Below are positions 26,918 to 35,648 of a stretch of DNA of 64,000 nt, one piece after another. Source of the stretch: Candidatus Binatia bacterium (GTDB lineage Bacteria > Desulfobacterota > Binatia > UBA9968). The translations under genes were made by a program, and so were the position numbers. Under the pieces are notes generated by a model. That model saw only the letters and a list, made by a program, of their open reading frames with translations, did not search any database and was not told the DNA's origin. How positions within the stretch are numbered: the first letter of the stretch is position 1; each line of letters opens with the position of its first letter. The DNA lies in assembly GCA_050735675.1 (NCBI GenBank), contig JBOHVN010000244.1:17882-81881 (forward strand), in the 5' to 3' direction.

Positions 26918-27712
26918 ATGCCTGCTAGATATCTAATTCGTTTTGACGATATATGTCCCACCATGAATTGGGATATATGGAAAAAAATAGAACAAATCCT
27001 TATTCAAAAAGGGATAGATCCAATCTTGGCGGTTGTCCCGGATAATAAGGATAAAAGTCTGGTATTCGGCGAAGCTCCCTTGGGATTCTGGAGCACCGTC
27101 CGCGCCTGGCAGGCTCGCGGATGGACAATCGGTTTACATGGCTATCAACACCTATATGTGACCGACCGAGCCGGGCTTATCCGCATCAACAATCGAAGCG
27201 AATTTGCCGGGCTTCAGGGGTATGAACAAGAAGCCAAATTGAACCATGCTCTGGCATTATTCCAACGGGAAGAAATCACTCCCGATGTTTGGATTGCGCC
27301 GGCGCATTCTTTCGATAGCACAACGCTTCGACTTCTGAAAAAATTAAACCTCGATATAGTCAACGATGGGTTTTATCTTTCTCCGAACATCGATTCACTC
27401 GGGATCACCCACATACCGCAGCAACTATGGAAGTTTAGGCGCATGCCATTCGGCCTCTGGACCGTGTGTTACCATCACAACAGTTGGACCGGTAGCGATG
27501 TCGACCGATTCGAATCTGACATTCAACGTTATAAGAACCATATAACCAGCTTGCACGGCGTCCTTACATTATATCGCGCGAGGAATCGTAACCTGGCTGA
27601 TGCATTGTTTTTCCGTATCTGCCTGCTCGGTCTTCGCACGCGAAGCGCCATACGAAATTCTTTGCGCGCGATCAACAAGTCTGTCGCAATACGAGCCAAC
27701 ATCCAGCGTTAG
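26918..27712 (+). CDS. Polysaccharide deacetylase-like protein (DUF2334-like)
   Basis: It has the LIRFDDICP and GLHGYQHLY motifs and lies in an AT-rich patch. Confidence 0.55.
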   Translation: MPARYLIRFDDICPTMNWDIWKKIEQILIQKGIDPILAVVPDNKDKSLVFGEAPLGFWSTVRAWQARGWTIGLHGYQHLYVTDRAGLIRINNRSEFAGLQGYEQEAKLNHALALFQREEITPDVWIAPAHSFDSTTLRLLKKLNLDIVNDGFYLSPNIDSLGITHIPQQLWKFRRMPFGLWTVCYHHNSWTGSDVDRFESDIQRYKNHITSLHGVLTLYRARNRNLADALFFRICLLGLRTRSAIRNSLRAINKSVAIRANIQR

Positions 27713-27761
27713 GCGGAGATTCAAATCATTGAATACAAATAATTTCACCAAATCCGACCAT

Positions 27762-28613
27762 ATGACTTTGCCAAATTTTTTAGGCATTGGCGCTATGCGA
27801 GCAGGCACCTCATGGCTCTTTGTGCAATTACGAAACCATAAGGATGTCTATATATCAGAACAAAAAGAACTCAACTTCTTCAATGATTTCTATGATCACG
27901 GCATAGGATGGTACTGTAGCCATTTCCCGTCGGCGAAAGAATCTGCGAAATACAGAGCGATCGGAGAAATCACCCCGACGTATATGGATGACCCTGATGC
28001 TGCGTCCAGGATCCATGTTCATGTTCCCAATAGCAGGTTTATAGTAATGCTGAGGAATCCGGTAGATCGCGCTTATTCTGAATACACAAAAACGCTACGC
28101 AACTTGAACTTTAAAGGAACATTCGATGAGTTCATCGAGCGATCCACAGGGGTTCTTGAAAGAGGGTACTATACAGAACAGCTTGAACGCTATTTTCGAC
28201 TTTTTTCACGTGATCAATTTTTATGCTTGATCTTCGAGGATGCTATATCCAATCACCAGGCAACAATACAAAGACTAGCCTCGTTTCTGGAGATAGATCC
28301 CGATGGCTTTGACGTCAACCGAATGAAGCAAACGATCAATTCCTCATATCTGCCTAGAGCGCCAAGACTCTATTCCTCAGCCGTAAAAATAAGGCGAGTG
28401 TTGGTGAAAAGAAACTTTGGATGGGTTCCGCCGATTGCCGAAAAAATCGGCTTGATCAGCGCCAGTCGATACATTTTTCGCTTTCGTGGACCGAGGTCGG
28501 ATCTTCCTAAGATGGATGAAAAGACACGTAAGCGACTGAACCACTTGTATCGGCAAGAAATTCATAATCTGCAAAAACTTCTCGCCCAAGACTTATCGAC
28601 ATGGAGGAACTAG
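27762..28613 (+). CDS. PAPS-dependent sulfotransferase, type B-like, divergent (copy B3)
   Basis: It has GIGAMRAGTSWL (5'-PSB-like) and MLRNPVDRAYSEY (3'-PB). ATG 27762 was chosen; the ORF is open from 27600. Confidence 0.75.
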   Translation: MTLPNFLGIGAMRAGTSWLFVQLRNHKDVYISEQKELNFFNDFYDHGIGWYCSHFPSAKESAKYRAIGEITPTYMDDPDAASRIHVHVPNSRFIVMLRNPVDRAYSEYTKTLRNLNFKGTFDEFIERSTGVLERGYYTEQLERYFRLFSRDQFLCLIFEDAISNHQATIQRLASFLEIDPDGFDVNRMKQTINSSYLPRAPRLYSSAVKIRRVLVKRNFGWVPPIAEKIGLISASRYIFRFRGPRSDLPKMDEKTRKRLNHLYRQEIHNLQKLLAQDLSTWRN

Positions 28614-28825
28614 CCCAGAGCTTGTCCTGCGCCACGGACGTCCAAAACACTACGGCCTTGCAGGTCGGGTTATTACCACTGATGTTTTGCTGCTGCGCTG
28701 TCGATTCCGTTCATAGTATTTGATCAAACTTGGAAAGATTGACGGATTGATCTCCGTCGTTCCTCTGAGTCGTTCCTCGTTTTGACCTTCTCACACTGTC
28801 ATCGGTTTACTCTAAAGGACATTTT

Positions 28826-30778
28826 ATGAACCGGCGCGCTCTTGCATCCGTTGAGACGCGGACGGACTCGGCCGCGACTGAACAGGTCTATCAGCCCGCG
28901 CTTCGATCCCCCAGTGAAGGAATCTTTGAGTCTGATTGGCTGGTTTGGGCCGTCCAAGCTTTTGTGAGCGTTTTGGGACTTATTCTTTTTAGTCCTCTTC
29001 TGCTTCTGATTGCTGCGACGATCAAGCTCACTGATGGGGGAGCTATATTCTACCGCGGGGAACGGGTCGGCCGGGGGAAACGTATCTTTAAGATCTACAA
29101 ATTCCGGACGCTGGTCGAGGGCGCGGAAAGAAAGATCGGCGCCCGGCTCTTGGGGCCGGAAGACCAGGGCATCTACTACACCAGGATCGGGAGAATTCTG
29201 AAGCGCAGCAAGCTTGACGAAGTCCCCCAGCTTTTCAATGTTATCCGAGGTGAGATGCGGCTTACGGGCCCGCGACCCATACGGCCGATCTTTCTCGATC
29301 AGTCCGAGCAGACGATTCCACGTTATGCGTCGCGATTCTTGGTGCCCCCGGGCATCACTGGCATTGCCCAACTTCGAGGCGGTTACTATACTTCACCACG
29401 AAATAAACTTCGCTACGATCTCATCTACATCAACCATCGATCCCTTCTTCTCGATTGTAAGGTCGTCTCTCTAACATTCGCCAAGATTCTCAATCGCTGG
29501 TTCAACAGGGGTGTTTTCGTTCTTTTCCTCTTTCTCTTCGTTTCCTTTCTCCCGGCGGGCTTACAATCTTCTTTGTACGTAACATTCTTCGGCGCCAGGG
29601 TCAGCCTAGTTTATCTGTTCATTATCCTCGTGGCGGGCGGGCTATTCTTCAAAAAGGGGCCTACTCAAGTTTGTCTTTATCGTGGCCCGCTCAATGTTCC
29701 GCTTGTCCTGTTTATCGTTCTCAGCGCCGTCTCCGTGTTCTTCGCCGAGGATTTGGATCAGGGCCTCTTGAGGGCCGGTTATTATATGGTGACGGGATTC
29801 CTGGTGGCCTTCCTGATCGTGAACAGCCTCGCGACCAAGGGGTTTATTATATTGACGGCGCGAGTCATCGCGCTAACCTCGGTCGTGATGTCGGTGCTCG
29901 GGCTTTTTCAGATTTTTCTCTTCAATTATACGGTCGCCTTGGCTTCTTCCGTGTCCCAAGAGCAACTAGCCGGGTATATACGGGCCTCCTCCCTCCTAGG
30001 CAATCCCGTTGTTCTAGCCGTATATCTCGTTCTTGGCCTGCCCCTCCTGCTCTCAGAGGTAACCCGCGCTTCGCAGCAGAGGGAGCGGGATTTCTGGCTC
30101 ATCTGCGCCACCCTCTCTTTCGTCGGCATCTTTTTCACTCAGACCCGGATTGGACTCTTGGCTCTCCTGGTGACCGGTACTGCCTTTCTTTCACGACGCC
30201 GGCGCCACGCGCTGTTTTTTGTCATGATCTGTTTAGTTTGGTTGCTGTCTCTGATTTCGCTCGGCGGCGCGCGCTTTTCACCCGCCGGAGTCCAGGGAGA
30301 AGTGGCTGACTGGGTGCAAAAACAACTGCACATTATTCGGGAGATTCCAGTTAAGACATGGCTAATCGGCGGCGGCGCCGTGACGCCCTACCCGCTCGTG
30401 ACGGAGCCTGTGCCGGAGGCCGCTCATCCCTCGGAGGAAGAGGAATTCCCTGAGGTTCCGAACATGCATGTCACTTTAGCTCTGGAGCATGGAATAGCAG
30501 GATGGTGTGTCATCGTCTGGCTCATCCTGGCTGCTGTGCGGACTATGACCCAGGCCCACAGCAGGACAAAAGATCAGGAGCTCAAGTCCATTTTATGGGC
30601 TATCGTATCGTCTCTGATAGGTTTCTTGATCTCCATGAACGCGATGAACGTTTTTCATAATTTGACCCTGCAGATCTTTTTCTGGAGTTTGATCGGTATC
30701 GGGCTCGGCATTGTGGTGCATTTAAACGGATACCGGCGGTCCAATTTGATCTGGCGGTTCGGCGATGCGGGTGATTGA
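28826..30778 (+). CDS. Fusion protein: priming phosphoglycosyl (bacterial sugar) transferase + Wzy/WaaL-like (O-antigen polymerase/ligase family) membrane domain
   Basis: The N-terminal ~210 aa carry DGGAIFYRGERVG, KFRTL and LDEVPQLFNVIRGEMRLTGPRP. They also carry PGITG. The C-terminal ~430 aa have about 10 TM segments with FFTQTRIGLLALLVTG (Wzy_C-like). Confidence 0.75.
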   Translation: MNRRALASVETRTDSAATEQVYQPALRSPSEGIFESDWLVWAVQAFVSVLGLILFSPLLLLIAATIKLTDGGAIFYRGERVGRGKRIFKIYKFRTLVEGAERKIGARLLGPEDQGIYYTRIGRILKRSKLDEVPQLFNVIRGEMRLTGPRPIRPIFLDQSEQTIPRYASRFLVPPGITGIAQLRGGYYTSPRNKLRYDLIYINHRSLLLDCKVVSLTFAKILNRWFNRGVFVLFLFLFVSFLPAGLQSSLYVTFFGARVSLVYLFIILVAGGLFFKKGPTQVCLYRGPLNVPLVLFIVLSAVSVFFAEDLDQGLLRAGYYMVTGFLVAFLIVNSLATKGFIILTARVIALTSVVMSVLGLFQIFLFNYTVALASSVSQEQLAGYIRASSLLGNPVVLAVYLVLGLPLLLSEVTRASQQRERDFWLICATLSFVGIFFTQTRIGLLALLVTGTAFLSRRRRHALFFVMICLVWLLSLISLGGARFSPAGVQGEVADWVQKQLHIIREIPVKTWLIGGGAVTPYPLVTEPVPEAAHPSEEEEFPEVPNMHVTLALEHGIAGWCVIVWLILAAVRTMTQAHSRTKDQELKSILWAIVSSLIGFLISMNAMNVFHNLTLQIFFWSLIGIGLGIVVHLNGYRRSNLIWRFGDAGD

Positions 30779-30925
30779 TCATGCCGGGTTCCTCAGCATG
30801 GTTCGTGAAGAGCGCGCCTAGCCATATACCTTCGCTTTCAGCGTTCGGCTAAGAGCAAGAAGTCCGAGGAGTTGTTCACAAAAATTTTGACATTTAATGC
30901 GGCGACTAAAAGAGGAAATACGATC

Positions 30926-31903
30926 ATGAATATATTGAAACGAATGCTCCCAAAGCGCGTGTCTGAGCCGGCGTCACAGCCGGTCCGGCCTGCTCCTGAA
31001 TCCACAGGAGCCGTCCAGAAGGACGAAGCCGAGGCTGTGCCGCGCGCGGCGGAAGGGTTGAACAATTATATCATGGTTGTGCTTGATAGCTGTCGTTACG
31101 ATAGCCTCATGGCCGCGGCGCCTCCGACCTTGAGCCGGCTAGGCGCCATCGAACGACGGTGGAGCTATGCCTCGTGGACCGCGCCGTCGCACTATAATCT
31201 ACTGATGGGGTTGCTGCCCCACTCGAGCCCGCCTCACGTCTACGCCTCGGAATATTACAAGCGCGACTTTCTTAAGTATCAAGAGCGTCTTGGCGCCGAG
31301 CAAGTAGAGTTTAAGAGCCTGGTGCCGCATCTCTTCCTGCCCACGTTTCTCAAACGCAAGTTAGGCTACCAGACTCACGCGCGGGTATCGTTGCCAGTGC
31401 TCAATCCCGCGACCCTGCTTAATAAAGATTTCGATAGCTTTCAGCTGATGCCCAAACACAATGACATGGCGGCGATGATCGAGCGGTTAACGTTCTCGCC
31501 CGAGCGTCCCTCGTTTTACCTTCTCAATGTTGGTGAAACGCACTACCCGTACGCTTTGCCGGACGAGCCGGAGGACGGCTGGCCGAAAATCCACGGGGTT
31601 CACGGCGTCTTTAAACACCTGGACGACTTTGTCGTGGGCGGCAAGCTGGTGGAAGACGAAGAAGAACCGGAAAAGTTTTTTGACCAGGAGAAACTTGATC
31701 TGCTGCGCGCCCGGCAGGTTTCGGCGGTCAAGTACCTCGATGGGGTCTTCGCCCGTCTGTTTGACGTGGTGCCACCCAATACTTACATCACCGTAACCGG
31801 CGATCACGGCGAGTTGTTCGGCGAAGCCGGTTACTTCGGCCACGGGCCGATCACCCACGATAAGGTCTACGAAGTGCCGTTTATCGAGGGGAAAATCCGC
31901 TAG
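30926..31903 (+). CDS. Alkaline-phosphatase-superfamily protein with Thr/His nucleophile motif
   Basis: AGAGGA precedes ATG 30926. It has IMVVLDSCRYD (metal site), SWTAPSHYNLLMGLLP and VTGDHGELFGE. Confidence 0.6.
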   Translation: MNILKRMLPKRVSEPASQPVRPAPESTGAVQKDEAEAVPRAAEGLNNYIMVVLDSCRYDSLMAAAPPTLSRLGAIERRWSYASWTAPSHYNLLMGLLPHSSPPHVYASEYYKRDFLKYQERLGAEQVEFKSLVPHLFLPTFLKRKLGYQTHARVSLPVLNPATLLNKDFDSFQLMPKHNDMAAMIERLTFSPERPSFYLLNVGETHYPYALPDEPEDGWPKIHGVHGVFKHLDDFVVGGKLVEDEEEPEKFFDQEKLDLLRARQVSAVKYLDGVFARLFDVVPPNTYITVTGDHGELFGEAGYFGHGPITHDKVYEVPFIEGKIR

Positions 31904-31961
31904 GCGCACTTTTTAATCAGAAGACTCTTGACCAGTTCCCGATTCACGGACTCCTTTAATC

Positions 31962-33317
31962 ATGTCCAGCAACGAAATCGGTTCCTTAGTTTTGACCCTG
32001 GGTATCTTACTGACGGTTATTCATAGCCTGGCCCACTTATTTGAGAAACTGCGTCAACCCCGGCTGGTTGGCGAAATTCTCGCCGGAATCCTTATCGGAC
32101 CTTTCGTTTTGGGGGAATTGGCACCGTTAGTATCAGCACGCCTGTTTGGGAATGGAACGACAGGGACCAACAAAATAGACATCGTGCTGCATTTTATTTA
32201 CTGGCTCGGACTTCTGCTGCTGATGTTCGTCTCCGGCAGCGAGACGCGGCGCCTACTGGCGCGCGAGAACCGGCGCGAGATCGCCTGGATCATCGGAATT
32301 GGAACCCCGTTGCCGTTCTTCCTCGTACTGGGTTTGGGGTTGGGCGGGCTTCTCCCGTTGCATACGATGGTCGGTTCTGCCGGACAGGAAATTTCCGCGT
32401 TGCTGGTTCTTGCCATCGCGGTCGCGGTCACATCCATTCCTGTGATTTCGCGGATCTTTTATGATCTCAAAATCCTGCATACGCGGTTCGCCAGCCTCAT
32501 TCTCGGATCGGCGGTTCTAGAAGACATCATTCTCTGGGGGGTCCTCGCGATTGCAACTGCACTCGCAAGTTCTGCCACGTTGGCACAGCAGCATGTGATC
32601 GGCGACATCACGGCTCATCTCGCTGCCGCCGTCGTATACATGGGCGCGGGGCTGACCATAGCCCCTGCTTTACTGAAGCGGCTGCACGACCAACGGGGAA
32701 ATTTCCTCGTGAAGGCATCCCCTGTCGCCTACGTGATTCTTATTCTGTTGGTTTACGCTATTGTCGCGGCTGCATTCAATGTTACGTTGGTGTTCGCCGC
32801 CTTTCTTGCTGGGTTCGGACTGGTGGGTGGAATCGATGGTTCACAGCGGCATCGCTTCGCGGAGGCACTGGACTCAATTGCGAAAGTTGCGGTTGCGTTC
32901 TTCATCCCCATCTACTTTGCCATGGTCGGATACAAGCTGGTCTTCGGGGACGGTCTCTCCTTTTCCATGCTGATTGCGTTTCTTCTAGGCTCGACCGTGC
33001 TCTGTTTGTTGTCGGTTGGTCTCGCGGCTCGGCTGGCAGGGTTTCGCGGTATGGACATCGTCAATCTGGCAGTCGTGACGAATGCGCGAGGCGGTCCAGG
33101 CATTGTGCTGGCGACGGTGGCATACGAAACAGGGATCATCAATGCCGCGTTTTACACGACTCTCGTCCTCACGGCAGTCCTCACGTCGCAAGCGGCAGGA
33201 GCATGGTTGCGGTTCGTACTGAGCAGAGGATGGCCTCTTTTGTCAACCAACCCAATGGAGACGTGGTCGGGCGCAGAGATCAAACAACCAATAGAGATCG
33301 AAGAAGCATATAAATAA
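31962..33317 (+). CDS. Cation/proton antiporter (CPA2-type Na+/H+ exchanger family)
   Basis: 451-aa polytopic ORF with RQPRLVGEILAGILIGPFVLG and FVSGSETR motifs. Confidence 0.75.
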   Translation: MSSNEIGSLVLTLGILLTVIHSLAHLFEKLRQPRLVGEILAGILIGPFVLGELAPLVSARLFGNGTTGTNKIDIVLHFIYWLGLLLLMFVSGSETRRLLARENRREIAWIIGIGTPLPFFLVLGLGLGGLLPLHTMVGSAGQEISALLVLAIAVAVTSIPVISRIFYDLKILHTRFASLILGSAVLEDIILWGVLAIATALASSATLAQQHVIGDITAHLAAAVVYMGAGLTIAPALLKRLHDQRGNFLVKASPVAYVILILLVYAIVAAAFNVTLVFAAFLAGFGLVGGIDGSQRHRFAEALDSIAKVAVAFFIPIYFAMVGYKLVFGDGLSFSMLIAFLLGSTVLCLLSVGLAARLAGFRGMDIVNLAVVTNARGGPGIVLATVAYETGIINAAFYTTLVLTAVLTSQAAGAWLRFVLSRGWPLLSTNPMETWSGAEIKQPIEIEEAYK

Positions 33318-33445
33318 ATATGCGTGACTGTGCTCGTTATTACCGGCAGTGGCTTTATACGGGTTCGAGAACTTTGCACGTAACGCGGCAGTGCTCCTTG
33401 CAAACCCCACCAAATTTGCCTGATTGCATTCTTTAGGCGCTGATC

Positions 33446-34711
33446 ATGCACGAGCAATTACCTCGCGTGACGCTGGCCGCCTATACCCATTTCGGGGCAA
33501 GGGGGCTCAAGGGCATAGGTATGTACCACATCGTCAAGGAAGCGTGGAGAAGAGGGTGGGTGGAAAAGGTCATCGCCGTTTCGAAACGCCACTGTCAATA
33601 CGAGTTTAACCTTGATCTGGTCGATACGTTTCCTGGAGAGTCGCGCCTGATCTATGGACTCGGCCAGGTTAGAGAAAAGGTATGGCGGAACTTTCCGTCT
33701 CGTTGGTTGAGCGAGCTGCTATTTGACCGCCATGCCGCCTCTCGGCTGACCGGCAGGGGGAAAATTTTGATCGCCACCCCGGGCATGGCGCGGACCGCGC
33801 GCCGAGCCAAGAGCTTTGGCTACACGACTTTCCTTTACGGGGGACATTCAGACCCTGTTTTTCTTTTGCGGCAGATCCAGATCGAACGGAGCGTCTTCGG
33901 CCTGACAAAAGAACGACAGAACAGAAGCCGCGCTTGGGAAATGGCACGATTCGCTGCCCACATTGACGCCTCAGACTACATCCTGGCGATTTCCGAGTTT
34001 GCGGCCGAAACATACGTACAGCATGGCTTTCCTGCGGAAAGAATCTTTATCGTTCCACTTGGCGTAGATCTCGCCAAGTTTCCCGCTGCGCCGCCGCCGT
34101 CCGGCGGTGAGTTGATCTACCTTTTCATGGCACACGCGAGCGGCAGCACGGGTATCTTGAAAGGCCTTCCGTACCTTTTACAAGCATGGGACGAGATGAG
34201 CCTGCAGAACGCTCGGCTTCTCATATGCGGCCGTATCGGTCAGGAAGTTGAAGATCTGATTGGCAGATTCAGAACACGATTAAATAGTAATGTGGAGTTT
34301 ACCGGCAGCGTCAGTGATCCCGCTAAATACTACCAAAAAGCATCCGTCCTTGTCTTTCCGTCACTTGCCGAGGGGTTCGGCAAGGTCGTTCTTGAAGCGA
34401 TGGCCAGCGGCCGCCCGGTTATCACCACCTCTATCCCGAAACCAGTCGTCCGCGATGGCATCGACGGGTTTTATATCTCTCCCCGCGACGTGCCGGATCT
34501 GAAAGAAAAGATGCTTTACTTTTACCAACGTCCTGAAGAAGTTGGCCGAATGGGGTTCAACGCCGGCGAACAAGCCCGGCGATTTAGTTGGGACCGTTTT
34601 AGCTTGCAGATCGCCGACATCGTAGCGGAAGTGGCTGCGAAGTCTGAAAACAGGCAACCCACTCCGCTATCGACGGTGGCGGGTCTAGCATCATTGCGCG
34701 TCGATGCCTGA
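33446..34711 (+). CDS. Glycosyltransferase, GT4-like with atypical N-terminal domain (paralog of 7015..8247)
   Basis: It aligns end to end with the 7015 protein (AAYTHFGARGLKG, KVIAVSKRHCQYEFNLDLVDTFPGESRLI, FPSLAEGFGKVVLEAMASGRPVITT). Confidence 0.75.
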   Translation: MHEQLPRVTLAAYTHFGARGLKGIGMYHIVKEAWRRGWVEKVIAVSKRHCQYEFNLDLVDTFPGESRLIYGLGQVREKVWRNFPSRWLSELLFDRHAASRLTGRGKILIATPGMARTARRAKSFGYTTFLYGGHSDPVFLLRQIQIERSVFGLTKERQNRSRAWEMARFAAHIDASDYILAISEFAAETYVQHGFPAERIFIVPLGVDLAKFPAAPPPSGGELIYLFMAHASGSTGILKGLPYLLQAWDEMSLQNARLLICGRIGQEVEDLIGRFRTRLNSNVEFTGSVSDPAKYYQKASVLVFPSLAEGFGKVVLEAMASGRPVITTSIPKPVVRDGIDGFYISPRDVPDLKEKMLYFYQRPEEVGRMGFNAGEQARRFSWDRFSLQIADIVAEVAAKSENRQPTPLSTVAGLASLRVDA

Positions 34712-34751
34712 ACGCCAGATGCCAACAGGAAAGAACGCAGGCCGCTAGACG

Positions 34752-35648
34752 ATGAAGACGCCCGATTTTTTCATTGTCGGGGCGCCAAAGTGTGGCACGA
34801 CGGCGATGAATCATTATCTGAAACAGCATCCGGACATCTTTGTGTCCGAAAAGGAAATTCATTTCTTCGGCAGCGATCTAAGTTTTACTTATCCCAGAGT
34901 CACGAAAGCGGAATATCTATCTTTTTTTTCACCGGCTGCGAGCGCAAAGAGGGTAGGCGAAGCGGCTGTATGGTATCTGTACTCTGAGCACGCCGCCGCC
35001 GAAATAAAAGAATTCTGTCCCTCCGCACGGATCATTGTCATGTTACGGAACCCCGTAGACGCGATGCATTCTCTTTATTGCCAACGGCTGTATAACGGCA
35101 ATGAGGACATCGAGGATTTTGAAGCAGCATTGGCTGCAGAGCAAGATCGAAAATGTGGGTTGTCGTTGCCGAAACGCGCATCGAATCTCATGGGATGCTT
35201 CTACCGGGATACGGTAAAATTTACGCGCCAGGTACGGCGTTATTTCGAAAACTTCGGTCGGGACAATGTGCACGTGATTATTTTCGAGGATTTGCAGAAA
35301 GATGTCGCTGGCGTCTACAAACATTGCTGCGAGTTCCTCGGTGTCGATCATCGGTTTCGACCAGACTTCCCCGTCATCAATGCCAGACCACGTGCCCGAA
35401 GCACGTTGCTAAGGGATCTCTTGCATCATCCTCCTCGCTCATTTGATTGGCTGGCCGGAGCGTTGATGCTTCGGCAGAACCGCCAGGGCGGATACAAAGG
35501 CTGGCTGAAACGTTTAAATACAAGCCACGCGAGAATACCAGCGATGAAGGCAGAACTGAGGCGACGGTTGCAGGAAGACTTCAGCCCCGAAGTTCAGGAG
35601 CTAAGCAACTTGCTCGGTCGTGATCTAACCTACTGGTGCAACAGATGA
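34752..35648 (+). CDS. PAPS-dependent sulfotransferase, type A (copy A3)
   Basis: It has FFIVGAPKCGTTA, MLRNPVDAMHS and YNGNEDIE. It ends with C-terminal GRDLTYWC. Confidence 0.85.
   Translation: MKTPDFFIVGAPKCGTTAMNHYLKQHPDIFVSEKEIHFFGSDLSFTYPRVTKAEYLSFFSPAASAKRVGEAAVWYLYSEHAAAEIKEFCPSARIIVMLRNPVDAMHSLYCQRLYNGNEDIEDFEAALAAEQDRKCGLSLPKRASNLMGCFYRDTVKFTRQVRRYFENFGRDNVHVIIFEDLQKDVAGVYKHCCEFLGVDHRFRPDFPVINARPRARSTLLRDLLHHPPRSFDWLAGALMLRQNRQGGYKGWLKRLNTSHARIPAMKAELRRRLQEDFSPEVQELSNLLGRDLTYWCNR

Noticed and set aside
33386-33402. A sigma-54-like element, CGGCAGTGCTCCTTGCA, lies about 45 nt upstream of the GT gene at 33446. This would be attractive given the EBP at 59635.
   Set aside because: The GG and GC dinucleotides are separated by 11 nt, not the strict 10 nt of -24/-12 promoters. 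I do not accept it without a PWM scan or TSS data.
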